Shown: positions 21,211 to 24,203 of the stretch, piece after piece | Position numbering within the stretch: position 1 is the stretch's first letter | How the letters are laid out: every line of letters starts with the position of its first letter | Origin: a virus | Taxonomy: Duplodnaviria > Caudoviricetes | Length of the DNA: 24,203 nt | IMG/VR virus record: IMGVR_UViG_3300047476_001212 | Coordinates: 1 to 24,203 of that record | Strand: one strand, 5' to 3' | Translations under genes and position numbers: made by a program | The notes under the pieces: generated by a model | Told to the model about the DNA's origin: nothing | The model's database searches: none | Seen by the model: only the letters and a program-made list of their open reading frames with translations

Positions 21211-23086
21211 CTCGGTAATTGTTCGCACAACGCAGAACTACATCCGCGAAGCCTACGAGGCCAAGCGCGACCGTATGCGTTTGAACCGGGATAATTACGA
21301 CATCTTCCACCACAAGCAGGACTATTCGCACAAGCGACCGGGGCAGTCTCAGGAGTTCCTGCCTAAGCAGCAGATGGCTGTCGAGCAGATGAGTAATTTC
21401 GTTACTCAGGGCCTGATTGACATGGGCCAGTGGTTTAGCGTCGAGCAGCAGCCCGGTGCTAAGAATCAGGTCGTAAGCACGGACGATGTTTACTTCCTGC
21501 TTCAGAGGAGCCTTGAGCAGGCCAAATTCATGACCTTTGTCGGCGATTCAATTAAGACCGGAGCCCTTGCTTCGCTCATGATTGCCAAGGTTCATGGCCG
21601 TAATGTTCCGAAGCAGGAGTTTTACACCAAGACCGAAGTGAAGGATTTCGGACAGAAAGTTACCAAGCTCTTTAAGAGCGAGCAGAACGTCTGGAATCTT
21701 TGGATTGAGCTAATTCGCCCTGAGGACTTCTTTCCAGATCCAACCGGGTCAAATCTCTATGTCTGCCAGAACATGTGGGTCGACAAGGCTCAAGTAATGG
21801 CACTGGCAGAGGGTGATGACGCTATTTACGACATGGAGGCCGTAAAGAAGCTCTCTTCCTATCCGTTTGACCAGTATTACGACGAGCGCGATACGCGTGA
21901 CCGTGAAACCGACCAGTCGCGTACTTATTCGGACTACCGAGTTAGAATTAAGCTCACCGAGTGCTGGGGGGACATTATTGAGCCAGTCACGGGAGAGGTT
22001 CTTTACAAGAACGTGACTTGGACCATTGCAAACGACACGGTTCTTGTTAGCCGGCCAAAGCCTAATCCGTTCTGGCACGGAAAGAACCCGTTCGTTGTTG
22101 CGCCAATCACCAGAGTCCCGTTCTCGGTGTGGCATCGCGCACCAATGGATGGTGCAACTCGCCACAACATCGCCATGAATGAGCTTTACAACCTCATGGT
22201 CGATGCTGGTATGATGAGCGTATTCGGCATTAAGCAAATTCGCACTGACTGGCTTGAGGACGAGCGCGAAGTTGCAGATGGTGTGCGACCGGGCATGACC
22301 ATTCGCGCTTCTGCTGCTTGTCCTCCCGGTGCGGCTGTAATTCAGCGCGTGGACGAGGGAGCTCTTAGCCCCGAAGCCCTGCAAATGTTTAATCTAATTA
22401 ACTCCGAATTCGCTCAGACGGCCATGACCAATGACCTGCGCCTTGGCTCGATGCCAAGCCGTGCAGTTAAGGCAACCGAGGTCGTGGAGGCGTCTCAGAG
22501 CATTACTGCCATGTTCTCTGGCATTGCAAAGCAGATTGAGGCTGAGTTTATTCAGCCGATTCTTGAGCTTTCGTGGCAGACGATCATGCAGAATGCAAAC
22601 GATCTGGACTCCGATGATGTCTATGCAACGCTTGGAGATAGGGCTGCAAATACGCTTCTTGCACTGTCTCCTGAAGAGCGCTTTGCTCAGACCTCTAATG
22701 GCCTGAAGTTCAAGGTTTATGGCGTAACGCAGACCTTGAATAAGCAAAAGGACTTCAGGAAGCTCACCTCCCTGCTTCAGACAATTGGATCGAGCGAAGT
22801 TCTGGTTGAGGCGTTTATTAAGAAGTTCAGCTTCGAGAAGCTGCTTACTGAGATCGTCCGCTCGCTTGATATTGAGCCGGGACGCATTGAGCAGGATGAG
22901 CTTGACCAGATGCTTATGCAGCTTGGCCCTCAGCTTCAGGAGGCTGGCGGAATCCCTATGGGCGCAAGCCCGGACATGCAAAGCCAGATCCCTCAGGCAT
23001 CAACTGGTCCGCTTAATCCCGATGAGGTTCAGTCCGGAATTCCACGGTCTGAGTTTCCCGGAAGTAAGGCTCTCATGGGTCAATGA
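21182..23086 (+). CDS. Portal protein
   Basis: 634 aa after terL; PEDFFPDPT, NPFWHGKNPFV and KATEV motifs typical of podovirus-type portals. Confidence 0.85.
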   Translation: MAEPISKDIDSVIVRTTQNYIREAYEAKRDRMRLNRDNYDIFHHKQDYSHKRPGQSQEFLPKQQMAVEQMSNFVTQGLIDMGQWFSVEQQPGAKNQVVSTDDVYFLLQRSLEQAKFMTFVGDSIKTGALASLMIAKVHGRNVPKQEFYTKTEVKDFGQKVTKLFKSEQNVWNLWIELIRPEDFFPDPTGSNLYVCQNMWVDKAQVMALAEGDDAIYDMEAVKKLSSYPFDQYYDERDTRDRETDQSRTYSDYRVRIKLTECWGDIIEPVTGEVLYKNVTWTIANDTVLVSRPKPNPFWHGKNPFVVAPITRVPFSVWHRAPMDGATRHNIAMNELYNLMVDAGMMSVFGIKQIRTDWLEDEREVADGVRPGMTIRASAACPPGAAVIQRVDEGALSPEALQMFNLINSEFAQTAMTNDLRLGSMPSRAVKATEVVEASQSITAMFSGIAKQIEAEFIQPILELSWQTIMQNANDLDSDDVYATLGDRAANTLLALSPEERFAQTSNGLKFKVYGVTQTLNKQKDFRKLTSLLQTIGSSEVLVEAFIKKFSFEKLLTEIVRSLDIEPGRIEQDELDQMLMQLGPQLQEAGGIPMGASPDMQSQIPQASTGPLNPDEVQSGIPRSEFPGSKALMGQ

Positions 23087-23343
23087 TGGATAAGATATCA
23101 ATTCTAAATAACAGCCGTCTTGCTAGGATTGCTTACGACGCTGTTAGGGAATTCTTGGAAGACTCCAAGAAGAAACTGCTTGTTAGACTTCTGTCTGAGT
23201 CAAAGACTGGTCCGCTAGATCCGCAGGTATACGCAAAATATATCGGCGGCATTCAGGCGCTAGAGGACCTTGAGACTTTGATGAAGAAGGAGATCTTAAA
23301 GGGCGAGAAAGTAGAAACGGAGCTATTGCATGAACAAAAGTGA
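23083..23343 (+). CDS. Small head-module protein
   Basis: 86 aa between portal and scaffold; YIGGIQALEDL motif. Confidence 0.7.
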   Translation: MMDKISILNNSRLARIAYDAVREFLEDSKKKLLVRLLSESKTGPLDPQVYAKYIGGIQALEDLETLMKKEILKGEKVETELLHEQK

Positions 23344-23992
23344 TTCTCTTGAGGCGCAGTTTGACTTGAATAAGACCGAAGAGGCAACCGAGACCCAGCA
23401 GGAAAAGCCCGAGGGCGAAACCGAAAAGCAGCCAGAAACCGCTGGTGCCGTCTATCTTGGTAGCCGCAAGTTTCAGTCTGTTGACGAGCTCGTGAAGTAT
23501 ACCGAGGAGCTTGAGCGTCGCAGGGCCGCTGAAACTCAGCAGGCCACTACCGCTGAAAATAAGCGTAAGCGCGCTGCCGATCTTATTTATGAAGATCCTG
23601 CAAAGGCGTTTGAGATTCATGAGCAGGAAATCATCGAGAAGATTAAAGGCGAAGAGGCTGCAAAGCGCGCAGAGAAAGAGCTTTGGGATTCCTTCTACGC
23701 GAAGAATAAGGATCTTTCAGAAGATAAGGATCTTGTCGAGTTCGCCCTGAATAGAAACTGGAATGAGCTCCGAACGCTTCATCCGGATCAGGCAATGGAG
23801 AAGCTGGCTGACTATACCCGCAAGACTGCGAATCGCTTCCGTAAAGCCCCGACGCAAAAGCAGGAAATGCCTTCGGGACAAGCAAAGACTGGACCCGGAA
23901 CGAGTTACAGTGCGCCACAAATTACGGAAAAGAAGCCCGCTGCCATTGACTTTGTAACTCAGTTAAAGAAAATTCAAAGTAAGAGAAAGTAA
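23330..23992 (+). CDS. Putative capsid scaffolding protein
   Basis: Charged, helical, E/K-rich; KFQSVDELVKYTEELE motif; immediately upstream of the capsid gene. Confidence 0.7.
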   Translation: MNKSDSLEAQFDLNKTEEATETQQEKPEGETEKQPETAGAVYLGSRKFQSVDELVKYTEELERRRAAETQQATTAENKRKRAADLIYEDPAKAFEIHEQEIIEKIKGEEAAKRAEKELWDSFYAKNKDLSEDKDLVEFALNRNWNELRTLHPDQAMEKLADYTRKTANRFRKAPTQKQEMPSGQAKTGPGTSYSAPQITEKKPAAIDFVTQLKKIQSKRK

Positions 23993-24014
23993 TTTCTTAT
24001 TAATTGGAGGATAG

Positions 24015-24203
24015 ATGGCTAATTTCGAGTGGACGTTTGACGCCCCGTCAGGGGTGTATAAGAACCACGCTCTCTCCGCAGACCTCCGCTCGGCGGCTGT
24101 GGCAGAAAGCAAGTTCATGCAGTTTGTTCGCCCTGAGTCGGGCTACGGTCGCAAGACTGGTGAGTCGATCACCATTGCTCGCGTCTCGAACCTTGCAATT
24201 CCT
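24015..24203 (+). CDS. Major capsid protein, 5' part only
   Basis: GGAGG RBS; MANFEWTFDAPSGVYKNHALSADLRSAAVAESKFMQFVRPESGYGRKTGESITIARVSNL; position after the scaffold and the G..ITI motif; open to the window end. Confidence 0.75.
   Translation, partial: MANFEWTFDAPSGVYKNHALSADLRSAAVAESKFMQFVRPESGYGRKTGESITIARVSNLAIP

Noticed and set aside
19678-23620. Minus-strand ORFs within terL, portal and scaffold
   Set aside because: Antisense shadows of clearly identified structural genes.

Overview
A 24.2-kb segment of a tailed dsDNA phage (Caudoviricetes), probably infecting a Gram-negative host because it encodes a lipoprotein spanin-like gene. Positions 1-8860 are almost all on the minus strand: a partial virion-type protein, a Sak4/SSB/PD-(D/E)XK recombination module, a Holliday-junction resolvase, small accessory genes and a MoxR-type AAA+ ATPase with its partner. 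Positions ~8860-9995 are a 1.1-kb non-coding control region with repeats, palindromes, G-tracts and hairpins. Positions 9997-14406 (minus) encode a metallophosphoesterase, a CsrA-like protein, a holin/spanin-like trio, an SF4 helicase and a replication initiator. From 14491 onwards (plus) come a tRNA-like gene with an aberrant anticodon arm, a TerS-like gene, virion/tailspike genes, a 23-aa Lys-rich peptide, TerL, portal, scaffold and the start of the major capsid gene. The most unusual signals are two ~165-175-nt highly base-paired elements flanking the phosphoesterase gene, the non-canonical tRNA, and an origin-like motif set found both inside the initiator gene and in the non-coding region. 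All protein calls come from motif recognition by eye and all RNA folds from manual pairing; no searches or folding programs were run.
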